A stretch of 42,044 nucleotides of DNA from a virus (taxonomy: Duplodnaviria > Caudoviricetes). The DNA lies in IMG/VR virus record IMGVR_UViG_3300034025_000089, positions 1 through 42,044 of that record; one strand, 5' to 3'. Both the position numbers and the translations under genes were made by a program. The notes beneath the pieces were generated by a model. That model ran no database searches. It saw only the letters and a program-made list of their open reading frames with translations, and was not told where the DNA came from. Position 1 is the stretch's first letter, and each line of letters starts with the position of its first letter. Below, piece after piece: positions 24,778 through 34,167 of this stretch.

Positions 24778-27213
24778 CTACAGAGCGGGCGCCCTTGTGG
24801 GCGTCACCTCTCCCGGTTCCCAGAAAAACTCTTGGCCGCGATCGTCGGCCCTTTCCTCCATGCGCCGCCAGCTCTTGCGGTAATTGGGATCAATCTCTCT
24901 TTGGATTTGGTCCGTAATCAACCGCTCGAAAGCAAGCCGGGTGTACCATATCGATCCCCCCGGTGTCTCTTGTTTTAACAGCTTCACCGCGTCGGCGCCG
25001 AGATCCGTCTTGTCGCCGCGTGCCGCCTTGCTGATATTGCCGACCGTCGCGTCGCCGACATTCTGCACCGTCTGCACGCCGGGCCCGGCAAGGGTCGACG
25101 CAAGCCCGCCGCCGAAGCGATTTTCCGAGGAGCCGAGGAAATCGCCGAAGATGCCGAAGCCGCCACCCTGCAAGGCGGCCGCACCCCAGAACTCGGCCGC
25201 CTTGTCGTCGTTCATCGGCCGCGGATCCTTGCCCTTGCTCACTTCCTTGAGCTGCAACGCCACGGCGCCAAGCAGGGTGGTGCCGATGAACAGGCCAGCG
25301 GCGTAGCGCGCGGCGTTGCCGGAAGATTGCTCCATCATCCGGCGGCCGTGCTGGATGATGATGGAAATGCCGAAGCCCTTGAACTGGAAGGCCGAGCGAA
25401 CCGCCTCGCCCGTCCAGGTGCCGCGCGGCGCGACGCCGTTGATGAGCGCTTGCGTGCGAAGGTCCGGCACCGGCACCGCCAGGTCTACTTCGCTGTGGAT
25501 CATTTCCATGACCCGATCGGCGTCCGCCTGATCCATGTTGCGAACTGTCAGCCATTCGGCGCCGCGCTCCTCCTCGAGCGTGGTTGCCCGGATCCGATCC
25601 CAACCATCCTCGCCGATGCCGTAGCGGCCGAGCGACTGGCGAAGCCGATCAGGGAGCTCGCCATAGCGGCGGCCGACATGCTCGGTCAGCGTGGCGAGAT
25701 ATTCCATGCCCAAAGCCCAGCGGCCAGCCTGGGTCCAACGTGCAAGGCCGGTGACGCGCAGCACGCCTTCGGCAAGCCGCCGCGCCCATTCGCCGGTGAG
25801 CTCCTCGCTCAAGTGGCGGTTCTGCCCCGCCACCATGCTTGACCAGGCTTCGGCGATCCCCACCCGCCGCACCGCCATTTGCCGATCGGCGAGGGTGCCG
25901 GGCATGAAGTGCTTGAGGTATTGGCCGATCATCGGCGCCACCGGAAGGCCGTTGAACTTGCGGGTGGTGCCCCCGAAAGCGAGGTCGGTTACGGCCGACA
26001 GCATCGCCCCGCCGAGCTTGGCGGCGGTTTGAACCGAGCGAAAGGCGCTGAACCCGAGCGCGATCGCGCGGCTCTCGGGCCGGCGAAGCGCACCGGTATA
26101 TTCGTCATAAAGCCGCTGGATCTGGCGGCTCGCCTTGAAAGCGGCGTCGCCGGCGCCGCCGTCATCGTCGGCGAGCCGGCCCGATTTCTCGATCGTGTCT
26201 TTGAGCCAGCGCACGGTCGCATCGGGGTTGGGGCCGAGGATCTCCATGGCGGAAATGTCGCGGCTCATTGCCTCGATATGCCCCATCATCGCGTCGAACA
26301 CCGTCCCCGATGAGAACCGATCGTGATATTGCAGCCAGGCGTCAGCATCGCGAAAGTGCAGGAAGCGGTGTTCGGCCTTTTGGTTGGCAAGCATCTTGCC
26401 GCCGCCGGCGCCGCCAGCCTGGATCTTCGACCATCCATCGGTGCGGATCGTCTCGTGAACGTCGCGGAGCGCGAGCTCGAGCGCCCCATCCGAGAAAGGC
26501 GCGCCGGTGCGCTGGTCGATCATGCGGCCGCGATCGAGCAGCGGCAACACGAAGTCCCGCCACGTGCGATAGCCCGCCTGGCGAACGGCGCGGCTTTCAT
26601 GCGCCTGGGGCAATCCCCATTTCTCGAGCTTGCCGATGTGACCGCCGGCAGCATTGTAGCGGCCGCGCAGATATTCCGCGCCGGCGGTCCAAGCGCTGGC
26701 GAGCTCGCGTGCCGCCAGGTTGCCGCTGTCCTCGCCGAACGCTTCGGCGACGAGCGCCCGCTCGCCCGCCGGATCGCGCGCCTGGCCGAGAACGCGCTTG
26801 CGGTGAGTGGCAAGCAGCTCATCCATGTGCATGTGCGCCTGGCTCTTGATCGCCTTACGCCGGGCTTCGATGTTAGAATAATCCGCAAAACCATCCCGGT
26901 CGAACAGAGCGACGCCCGCCCGCGGGTCGATCGGCCCGCCGTCCAACGCCGAGCCGCCCTTGTAGCGCGCCATGTTCGACAGCGCGCCTTTCTGGGCGGC
27001 CGCCTGCAAGAGCATTTGCCGCTTCTTTTGGGCGGCGCGGATCTCGAGCTGGCGGATCGTCGCGTCGCTCGCCATGGCCTTGGCGGCCTGGTCGCCGAAC
27101 TGGCGCCGGAACACCTGCTCGAGCTCGCCGTAAAGCCCCTCGATCTCGCGGCCGCGTTCGGGCGAGATCTGGCCGCTCGAGACGAGATCGGGCAAGCAGC
27201 GGTCGATCGACAT
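24778..27213 (-). CDS. Internal virion (ejection) protein, BPP-1-type (811 aa)
   Basis: Position before the tail fibre; motifs QFKGF, hydrophobic GAAALQGGGFGIFGDFL and TPGGSIWYTRLAFERLI. Confidence 0.8.
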   Translation of the reverse strand: MSIDRCLPDLVSSGQISPERGREIEGLYGELEQVFRRQFGDQAAKAMASDATIRQLEIRAAQKKRQMLLQAAAQKGALSNMARYKGGSALDGGPIDPRAGVALFDRDGFADYSNIEARRKAIKSQAHMHMDELLATHRKRVLGQARDPAGERALVAEAFGEDSGNLAARELASAWTAGAEYLRGRYNAAGGHIGKLEKWGLPQAHESRAVRQAGYRTWRDFVLPLLDRGRMIDQRTGAPFSDGALELALRDVHETIRTDGWSKIQAGGAGGGKMLANQKAEHRFLHFRDADAWLQYHDRFSSGTVFDAMMGHIEAMSRDISAMEILGPNPDATVRWLKDTIEKSGRLADDDGGAGDAAFKASRQIQRLYDEYTGALRRPESRAIALGFSAFRSVQTAAKLGGAMLSAVTDLAFGGTTRKFNGLPVAPMIGQYLKHFMPGTLADRQMAVRRVGIAEAWSSMVAGQNRHLSEELTGEWARRLAEGVLRVTGLARWTQAGRWALGMEYLATLTEHVGRRYGELPDRLRQSLGRYGIGEDGWDRIRATTLEEERGAEWLTVRNMDQADADRVMEMIHSEVDLAVPVPDLRTQALINGVAPRGTWTGEAVRSAFQFKGFGISIIIQHGRRMMEQSSGNAARYAAGLFIGTTLLGAVALQLKEVSKGKDPRPMNDDKAAEFWGAAALQGGGFGIFGDFLGSSENRFGGGLASTLAGPGVQTVQNVGDATVGNISKAARGDKTDLGADAVKLLKQETPGGSIWYTRLAFERLITDQIQREIDPNYRKSWRRMEERADDRGQEFFWEPGEVTPTRAPAL

Positions 27214-30200
27214 TCAGGCGGCCTTTCCTGGCAGGGCGCAGAGCTTGAGCGCGTCGATGGTGGCGGCGTCCTCCTCGAGCTCGGCGAGAATGTGGCCGGC
27301 GGTGCGCTCCTCACCATCGAGATCGAGGCGGAAGGTGGGCTGGTCGGCCGCATCGAACAGGCCAAGGCCCATCGTGCCGTCCTGGTCGGCCGCGCCGCGC
27401 ATCGGGGCCGCGGCGCCGAGCGCGCCGAGCTGGGCATCGCGCGCCGCCTTGCCAGGATCGGGCCTTGCCCCCATATCTAGCGCAGCAGCGGAGGTTGATC
27501 CCATGAGGTTGTTCGAGCTCGAGGACAGGCCGGTTTCGGTGGACGGAGAGACCGCGGTGGTTTTCAACGGCACCGCCTGGGCGGCCGCATCGCCGGCGCT
27601 TGCCCGCAAGGCGCTGGTCGACGGAACCGAGCTGTCGGCCGCCGACTTCGCCGCGGCCTTCCCCAAGGCGGCGAACTCGCTTCCTTCCAGCAAGACGGAA
27701 TAATCGTCGCGCATCTGCGCAACGACCCGCTCGAAATCCGCGATCGGCAAGGACGGATCCCGCGCCTTCTTATAGAGCGCGTGCCCGTCGCCGAACTTAT
27801 ATTCGGCGATCGCCGCCGGCACGATCTGGACTTCGGCAACGCCCCCGTTCGGGAAGCGGATAACCACCTTGCGATCGACATAGCCCGACGCGAGCTGCTT
27901 CCACCCTTTGTCGAACACCGGATAACGGCGGCCGAGCTCGGCAACGATCTTGTCGGCGTCGGCCGCGGCCGAGACGGTGAACGCGCCGCCGGCGAGATCC
28001 TTGATCTGCCCCGGATCCGAATAGCCTTCGTTGGCGACCTTCTCGAGCACCCGCTCTTTCGACTTCGCCCCAGGATCCTTGAACGGCGCGCCGATCGACG
28101 CCTCGAGCTCGCGCGCGACGGCGGCGAGCTCGGCCTGGTTTGCGGCCGCGCGGCCGATCAGGTCATCGAGGGTAGCGCCGGCCTGGCCTGACAGGATGGT
28201 GTCGGGATCCATCGCCCGATCGGCCGCCGGCGGCTTGCCGGCTTCGATGTCCATCTTGAGATCGTGCTCGAGGCTCTCGACCTGGGCGCGTGCGCCGTCG
28301 CCGGCGGGATCATCGAAGCGCGCCGCGGCGTCGAGATCGAAGGCGGTAAGCTGTCCGGCCTCCTCGAGCTCGGCCGCGCTTACTCCTGGTTGTAGGTCGC
28401 CTTCACCCCCAGATTGCGCCGATGATCCTGGACCTTCTTCGCCAGCATCGCCCCCGCGTCCCGCTCCATCAGGAACGAGACTATCCCCGCGTGCTCTTGG
28501 GGTGTCCTTTGCGGCGGCGTTGAGGTCGATCCCCCGAACGGATCGAACGAACCCGTCGACAACCCCGGCGAGGGGCTCGCCGCCGGCGAGGCGCCCGGCA
28601 GCGTCGTTGAGGGCGTCGGAGATTGGCCCGGCGCTGAATGCGAGCCGGGAGACGATTTCGATTGCGTCGGCATTTTGCTTCGCCTCCCTTTCCGTTCGGC
28701 CGCGCGCGATCTTGGACCCGGCCCTCTCGAGGGTATCGGCTTCCTTGGCGGCGGTGCCGTATACCAGCTTGAGCTTCTTAAGGCGAGCGAGACCGCGCTC
28801 GAGCACCTTTGCCCGCTCCATGAACAATGACGTGGTGCTGTCGAAGGTTCCGAACAGGTCAGTTTGCTCGGATTTGTGGAAGCCGGCGGCGATCGCCTGG
28901 CGGACAATACTCTCAGCCTGGCCCCTGTTCGGGGGATCAAGCCGGATTAGGAGCTGCACCATGCCGGCGTGGGCGTCGGGCTGATCGGGGAGCATGTGGC
29001 CGATAACCGCGGCCTGGTCGGCCGACAGGTGCCCGTTGTAGACAGCGCCGAAAGCATCATCCGACAGGCGAGCTAGGGCGGCCCCGTCACGCACCAGCGG
29101 CGATTTCGGCGGAAGGTGGGAGAGGACGCGCTCGATCCCGCCGTCGCGCACCACCTTTGCGCCGTCGACGGTGGCTCCGGTGCCTTCGGCGATGTTCTTG
29201 ATTGCAGCCCAAAGCCGCGCGTCCTGGGCCGACACCCCATCGGCTTCGCGAAGCACGGTTGCATCGAGCCATATCTCGGCGCCCGTTTGATCCTCGATCC
29301 GACGCGCCAGGCCGCTTCGTTGGTGGCCGTCCGCAACGAAGCGGGATCCATCGGCGCGCTCCCATACGACCAGGCTCCCCGACAACATCGGGTTCCACTC
29401 AGTGACGCCGGCGAGCCGCTCCGTCACGCCATAGGCGTCGCCGCCGCCCTTGAACTGGAAGGTGTCGGCGTCGACCAGGAGCGAGGAGGGGCGAAAGGAT
29501 CCGCTGTGCATCGGCGGCGCGCCGGTGGGCGAGGCGAGCGCGCGCAGCGCATCGGCCTGGGAGCGAAGCGCCGCGGCTTCGCCGTTGAGCTGGGCCGACA
29601 GGGTAGCGGCATCCTGGACGGCGCCGCCGATCGACAGGCCCGGCGCCAGCGGAACGGCCGAGACCTCGCCGCCCATTCTACCGTGCGCCCATTGAATAAC
29701 CTGGCTTGCCGTCTTGCCCTTGATGACATTGCCGTTGTTGGCGATCGCCGCGGCCGCGTTCCTGGGATCGACCCGGCGCCAGATCGCTTCCGCGCTTTCA
29801 CCCGGCGCCGCGCGCAGCAGCGCCTTCGCCATGGCCGGCCCCGCGAAATGGGCAAGGTAGAGGTTGCCGGGGTTGACGCCGGCGCCGATCGAGCGGAGCG
29901 TTCGCGCATTGTCCTCGAGCAGATCGTTGACCAGGACATCGTTGAGCTGCGGATCCCGGCGCTTGCCGGCGATCTGGGCGTCGCTGAGCCCCTGGGATCC
30001 GAAGCGCCGCTTGTAGTAGCTCAGCCAGGTCGATTTGAGGAACTGGTACGGCCCCAACGCGCCCGACGCTTCGTTGAAATCATCGGTGGCGCTTGTCTCG
30101 GCCCGGTGGATCTTGCGCTTCACCTGGTCGAACGCGGCCGCCGACGACACCGGCGCGGCCGAGCTCGAGGGAGTGCGGGCGGCCGAGCTTGTGGAATCGG

Positions 30201-31434
30201 CCGCCCGCCCGACAGGAGGGAGCGAAAGGGACGCAACAGCCTCCCCCCCATCGGTTTCTGTAGCCGCCCGCACCACCGGCCCTTCGGACGGCTCGGGAGC
30301 GGCGCGGCCCGCCAGGATCGCATCCAGCGCACCGGCTAGGTTTTCGGCGTGCGCGGCGTCGCCGGCGGGCGAAGCGGTGAAAGGCGAACTCTCCTCGAGA
30401 TCGGCCACGTCATCGAGGACGTGGAGCGCCGATTGTTCGTGCGGCGTCAGGCGATCGGGCGCGATCGTCTCACGCGCAAGGATGGCGAGATCTCGGCTCG
30501 AGAGGGTGGCCGCCCATTCGTTGAACGGCATGTTGCCGCCGTCAGGGGTGGCAACCTTCATCCGATCGGCCCATTTGCGCTGCACGCTTTCGGGCATGAG
30601 GTTGAACACCTGCGCGACCGACGCATCGTAGCCGCGGCCAAGCCCCTTGCCGCCGACGTGTAGGCCGGTGCCGAGCACGGCCGAACCGGCGGCACCCATT
30701 AACGTGTTGGTGGCAGCCTCCTCCAAGGTGAGCGTTTCGCCGAGCTCGGCGCGCCGTTCGGCGACGAACGGCTGCGACAGCCCGGTAACGACGCCGCCAA
30801 CCAGCGCTTCGCGGGCGAATGTCGTTGCAACCGTTTTGCCGGGGCCGCCGAGCGGCATGGTGGCGATGTTGATCGGATCGAGCATCAGCGATGCCGAGCC
30901 GGCGGCGAAGCCGACACCCCATTGCCGCCAGGATCCATCGGTACGGGAAAGCACTTCGGCGTTGACCGCCCTGTTCGCCTTCGCCTTGTCGCGAAACATT
31001 TGCCGGATCCCGGACATGGTATCGGGCACGCCGGGCAGGAAATTGGGGTCTTGCTGGCGCCGCTTGCGGATCTCGAGCCCGATCAGCACTTCCTGATCGG
31101 TTCGGAACACCATGCGGCTTCCGACGCCCCGATCGCGCGCGAGATCCGAGCGGCGCAGGATCGGCTCGCGGAAATAGCCGCTCATTCCGGTGTCGGAGAA
31201 CAGGATAGGGTTTTGGCTGGGGTTGAGCCCCAGGGCTTCCACGATCGGCGCGTAGCCCTCGGCTACACGGATATTCTCCGCCGAAGAACGATCGTCGGCC
31301 GAGTGCCCCCATTGGGCGTCCCAGATCTCGCCGTCCGTCGCCGGCAGCGCGGCCGCCGGCGCCTGCACGAACGGGTTCGACGGAACGAGCTCGAAAGCAT
31401 CGGTGACATTGGGAGGAGGGGCGCGATCGCTCAT
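27214..31434 (-). CDS. Large internal virion polyvalent protein: lytic transglycosylase + ParB-like + RelA/SpoT-like domains (1406 aa)
   Basis: The likely start MSDRAPP at 31434 is ATGA-coupled. Domains: SLT-like AETS...GALGPYQFLKSTW...YLAHFAG (about 30130-29670), ParB-like VWE..DG..FVADGHQR (about 29500-29150), and RelA/SpoT-like KSKERVLEK...IKDLAG...GYVD...EVQI...H.LY (about 28090-27730). Confidence 0.82.
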   Translation of the reverse strand: MSDRAPPPNVTDAFELVPSNPFVQAPAAALPATDGEIWDAQWGHSADDRSSAENIRVAEGYAPIVEALGLNPSQNPILFSDTGMSGYFREPILRRSDLARDRGVGSRMVFRTDQEVLIGLEIRKRRQQDPNFLPGVPDTMSGIRQMFRDKAKANRAVNAEVLSRTDGSWRQWGVGFAAGSASLMLDPINIATMPLGGPGKTVATTFAREALVGGVVTGLSQPFVAERRAELGETLTLEEAATNTLMGAAGSAVLGTGLHVGGKGLGRGYDASVAQVFNLMPESVQRKWADRMKVATPDGGNMPFNEWAATLSSRDLAILARETIAPDRLTPHEQSALHVLDDVADLEESSPFTASPAGDAAHAENLAGALDAILAGRAAPEPSEGPVVRAATETDGGEAVASLSLPPVGRAADSTSSAARTPSSSAAPVSSAAAFDQVKRKIHRAETSATDDFNEASGALGPYQFLKSTWLSYYKRRFGSQGLSDAQIAGKRRDPQLNDVLVNDLLEDNARTLRSIGAGVNPGNLYLAHFAGPAMAKALLRAAPGESAEAIWRRVDPRNAAAAIANNGNVIKGKTASQVIQWAHGRMGGEVSAVPLAPGLSIGGAVQDAATLSAQLNGEAAALRSQADALRALASPTGAPPMHSGSFRPSSLLVDADTFQFKGGGDAYGVTERLAGVTEWNPMLSGSLVVWERADGSRFVADGHQRSGLARRIEDQTGAEIWLDATVLREADGVSAQDARLWAAIKNIAEGTGATVDGAKVVRDGGIERVLSHLPPKSPLVRDGAALARLSDDAFGAVYNGHLSADQAAVIGHMLPDQPDAHAGMVQLLIRLDPPNRGQAESIVRQAIAAGFHKSEQTDLFGTFDSTTSLFMERAKVLERGLARLKKLKLVYGTAAKEADTLERAGSKIARGRTEREAKQNADAIEIVSRLAFSAGPISDALNDAAGRLAGGEPLAGVVDGFVRSVRGIDLNAAAKDTPRARGDSLVPDGAGRGGDAGEEGPGSSAQSGGEGDLQPGVSAAELEEAGQLTAFDLDAAARFDDPAGDGARAQVESLEHDLKMDIEAGKPPAADRAMDPDTILSGQAGATLDDLIGRAAANQAELAAVARELEASIGAPFKDPGAKSKERVLEKVANEGYSDPGQIKDLAGGAFTVSAAADADKIVAELGRRYPVFDKGWKQLASGYVDRKVVIRFPNGGVAEVQIVPAAIAEYKFGDGHALYKKARDPSLPIADFERVVAQMRDDYSVLLEGSEFAALGKAAAKSAADSSVPSTSALRASAGDAAAQAVPLKTTAVSPSTETGLSSSSNNLMGSTSAAALDMGARPDPGKAARDAQLGALGAAAPMRGAADQDGTMGLGLFDAADQPTFRLDLDGEERTAGHILAELEEDAATIDALKLCALPGKAA
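27449..27495 (+). promoter_or_regulatory. Antisense promoter and RBS inside the polyvalent gene
   Basis: TTGCCA (27449-27454), 17-bp spacer, CATATC (27472-27477), then GGAGGT (27490-27495) 7 nt before ATG 27503. Confidence 0.55.
27503..27703 (+). CDS. Nested antisense gene (66 aa), candidate antitoxin of the RelA/SpoT domain
   Basis: Encodes MRLFELEDRPVSVDGETAVVFNGTAWAAASPALARKALVDGTELSAADFAAAFPKAANSLPSSKTE, with its own promoter and RBS. The host frame becomes a low-complexity Ser/Ala linker here. Confidence 0.65.
   Translation: MRLFELEDRPVSVDGETAVVFNGTAWAAASPALARKALVDGTELSAADFAAAFPKAANSLPSSKTE
28380..28673 (-). CDS. Nested same-strand alternative-frame gene (97 aa)
   Basis: AGGGAGG lies 9 nt before ATG 28673. 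The C-terminal half (QEHAGIVSFLMERDAGAMLAKKVQDHRRNLGVKATYNQE) uses GC3-rich codons while the main frame there is a Gly-rich linker with A/T-ending codons. Confidence 0.5.
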   Translation of the reverse strand: MPTQSKSSPGSHSAPGQSPTPSTTLPGASPAASPSPGLSTGSFDPFGGSTSTPPQRTPQEHAGIVSFLMERDAGAMLAKKVQDHRRNLGVKATYNQE

Positions 31435-33755
31435 TTTGCCGGCAGCTTCCGAATATCCAGCACCACGTCGCGGCCTTTGTCGTCTTTCAGGCGGCCGAAC
31501 TGGTTGGTGAAGAAGTAGAGCCCCACCTGGCCCGCGCTCTCGAGCTGCATCGCCTTCGCCTGGCTCGACATGACGCCTTGGCCATTGCGCCACTTGGGGG
31601 TGACGTTGCCGGTCGCGGCCATGAGCTCTTTCAGCGAAGCGCGCGAGATCCTCGCGTCGAACTGCTCGGGCTTCATGCCCCGCGGCAGCACGATCGGCGG
31701 CCCATCGTGCCAGCGGTGGAAGCCGCCGGTGCGGTTTCCGCCCTGGCCGCTCGAGCCGACCGCTCGCATCAGGGCAAGGCGGTAGGTGCCCTCGCTCCAT
31801 TCATCGATGCCGCCATGCTCCTCGAGCATTTGGGCATAGATCCGCTTGGCGGCGTCGCGCACCACGCCGCGCATCGATTCGGGCAGGGCGCGGCCGTGCT
31901 CGTTCCAGATCGCGGCCTCCTCCTCTTTGTCCCAGGTCTTCTCGCCGAGGTTTTTTACGCTGTCGCGGCCGAGCAGGACGTGCCGCTGCGTCTCCCACGG
32001 CAAGGCGATCGCGAGCTTGAGCGCTTCCTTGTCGCCTTCCGGGGCGAGCTCATCGATGATCGCGGCGGCCGCCGGCGCGCCGAACTGTTGCACCAGGCCA
32101 AGCGCGCCGAGCTGCCCGGCGGCACCCGCGTTGAACCGCTCCTGGACCATCGGCTTTTCGTCGCGAAGGAGGTACGGCGTCTTTCCGCCGGTAGCGGCCG
32201 CGTAGGCTTCCGCGCTTTGCCGGCGCCTGGCGAAGCTCGACGGATCGTTGAAATCGATCGTGCCGAGCTTCATTCCAAGCCGGGCGGCGTGCATTTCGGG
32301 CTCGTTTGAAAACTCCTCCCTCTGCGCCGGAAGGCGGCCACCCAGGAACTCGAGCTGGCGGTTTTCCTGCGGGGTCCGCTTCTGCCCCTTCGCCTCGAGA
32401 CCACGCACCACTTCGGAAAGCTGCGCCGGCGTCATCTTCTCGACCGCCGTTTTCCAGGTCACTTGCTCGCGCAGGGTGGTGAGCTTGAGCAGCTCGCCCT
32501 TGAATTTCTCCGGGTGCCGCCCGAGCGCCGTGGCGATGCCCTTGAACTCCTCCTCCGTCGGGATTTCCTTGCCGGTGCTGATCCGGTCGACAAAGAAGCT
32601 GTAATCGGACGCGATCTGGGCCTGTTCGGCTTTCACCGCCGCTTCGGCTTCGGCCGCCCTGGCGCGCATCCTGGCTTCCGCCTTGGCGATCAGGGGCGGG
32701 AAATCCTGGGGATCGAGCAGGCCGATTAGCGGGTTGTTGGGTCCGACCTTGATGTAGGTTGCTTGTGCTTCGTGGAGCGCGGTCGCGTAGGCCGTCGCGT
32801 GCTCGGCCGTGTCGAACTTGCCAAGGTGCTCGCCGGTCGACCGATAATGGGCGATCGCCTCCTCATCGCTTACGATCTTGTCGCCCACCACCGTTGGAAT
32901 AAGCACCTGGTTGCCGTCCTCCTCGATCGAGATCGAGCGCACGGTAGCGATTTCGCCCTTGCCGGCGTCGACCTGGGGCCGGTGCCACAGATCCACGGTG
33001 CCGGCGGCGAGCTGGCCCTCAAAGCTTTGGGTCGGCGCCGGCGACGCGCCCGGGAAGCTCAGGAGATCGAGCGCCTCGGCCTCGCGGCCGTGAACGATCA
33101 GGCCCTCGATCCGCGCCCGGCTCATTGCCTCCCGACCATCGCGCACCAATTTGTCGGCCAGATCCGGGTTCTTTACCATGGCGCGAACCCCGACCTCGTA
33201 GGAGGTAAGGCGATCCGTCCAATCCTTGTTGGTGCCGGGGTTGGTGAGTAGCTGGTTGGCGTAGAGCTTGCTGGTATGGCCTACGTCATCGACCGTTTTT
33301 TCGATCCGGCGGCCTGCCTCCCACGCCTTTTCGTCGCCGATCGTACGCGCCTCGAGCTGCGCGACGTTCAGCCGCCAGTAGTTTTGCACCCGATCATCTT
33401 GGTAGCCGGCGCCAAGCGGCTCGAGCCTATCCCGGATCTTCTTTCGCACCGCCTCGGCGTGGCCGGCGGCGCCCGGTGCCGCACCTTCGCGCAGGGCTAT
33501 GATCTCTTCCCCGACTTCACCGGTAACGCGCGCAATTGTCACGGCCGCGTCGGCCATTTCGCTTTCGCGAGCTTTCTCTTTTTCCTCCTCCTCGCGCCGT
33601 TTTTCTTCTTCCTGGCGCCGTTCGATCAACCCGCCGATTTCGTGGAAAGCCTCGCCGATCGGCGCGCCGAACGCATCGGCGCCAACGGGCCTGAAATCAG
33701 CCACGCCGCCGGGTGCGCTTTCCGCGCGGTATACCCCCTGGAAGGTGCTCGCCAT
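31431..33755 (-). CDS. Internal virion protein (774 aa)
   Basis: Position in the ejection-protein cluster; helical and coiled, with an inserted domain GTVDLWHRP...ATVRSISI...VLIPTV...HLGKF. Confidence 0.78.
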   Translation of the reverse strand: MASTFQGVYRAESAPGGVADFRPVGADAFGAPIGEAFHEIGGLIERRQEEEKRREEEEKEKARESEMADAAVTIARVTGEVGEEIIALREGAAPGAAGHAEAVRKKIRDRLEPLGAGYQDDRVQNYWRLNVAQLEARTIGDEKAWEAGRRIEKTVDDVGHTSKLYANQLLTNPGTNKDWTDRLTSYEVGVRAMVKNPDLADKLVRDGREAMSRARIEGLIVHGREAEALDLLSFPGASPAPTQSFEGQLAAGTVDLWHRPQVDAGKGEIATVRSISIEEDGNQVLIPTVVGDKIVSDEEAIAHYRSTGEHLGKFDTAEHATAYATALHEAQATYIKVGPNNPLIGLLDPQDFPPLIAKAEARMRARAAEAEAAVKAEQAQIASDYSFFVDRISTGKEIPTEEEFKGIATALGRHPEKFKGELLKLTTLREQVTWKTAVEKMTPAQLSEVVRGLEAKGQKRTPQENRQLEFLGGRLPAQREEFSNEPEMHAARLGMKLGTIDFNDPSSFARRRQSAEAYAAATGGKTPYLLRDEKPMVQERFNAGAAGQLGALGLVQQFGAPAAAAIIDELAPEGDKEALKLAIALPWETQRHVLLGRDSVKNLGEKTWDKEEEAAIWNEHGRALPESMRGVVRDAAKRIYAQMLEEHGGIDEWSEGTYRLALMRAVGSSGQGGNRTGGFHRWHDGPPIVLPRGMKPEQFDARISRASLKELMAATGNVTPKWRNGQGVMSSQAKAMQLESAGQVGLYFFTNQFGRLKDDKGRDVVLDIRKLPAK

Positions 33756-33760
33756 GCCCC

Positions 33761-34162
33761 TTACTTCCCTCCGCCGAAGGATTGCGCGGCCATGTCGCCG
33801 ATCTTGGCGAGCCCACTCATGTAGCTTGCCGACATCTGGTTATAGCCCGCGGAATAGGCCGCATTTCCCTGATTGCGCTGAACCTCTGCCTCAACCGTCG
33901 CGCGGCGGCGGGTTTGCGAGATCTCGACTTCGCTTTCGATCAGGCTTTCGCGAAGCGCATCGAGCGCCGAGCCGGTGCCCGTGTGGAAGCCGCTCGAGGC
34001 AAGGCTCGCCACCTGGCGGCCGCGGACAATGCGCGACGTGTCGCGGATCCGTTCGACCTCGAGCGCCCCATCGCGCTCCCGGTTCGTTGCGTTGATCCGC
34101 ATGAGGTTGCGGGTGAACTTGCCGGCGTCCATCGCCGCCGTTCCCCCGACGAAATCTCCCAT
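33761..34162 (-). CDS. Internal virion protein B (T7 gp14-like), about 133 aa
   Basis: GRQVASLASSG...GSALD motif; follows the acetyltransferase-like gene. Confidence 0.7.
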   Translation of the reverse strand: MGDFVGGTAAMDAGKFTRNLMRINATNRERDGALEVERIRDTSRIVRGRQVASLASSGFHTGTGSALDALRESLIESEVEISQTRRRATVEAEVQRNQGNAAYSAGYNQMSASYMSGLAKIGDMAAQSFGGGK

Positions 34163-34167
34163 CGCCT

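Noticed and set aside
31435-31800. N-terminal extensions in the ORF track (1528-aa, 815-aa, 565-aa, 412-aa and 252-aa versions)
   Set aside because: They overlap upstream genes or the origin. Downstream starts with RBS or stop-start coupling fit better.
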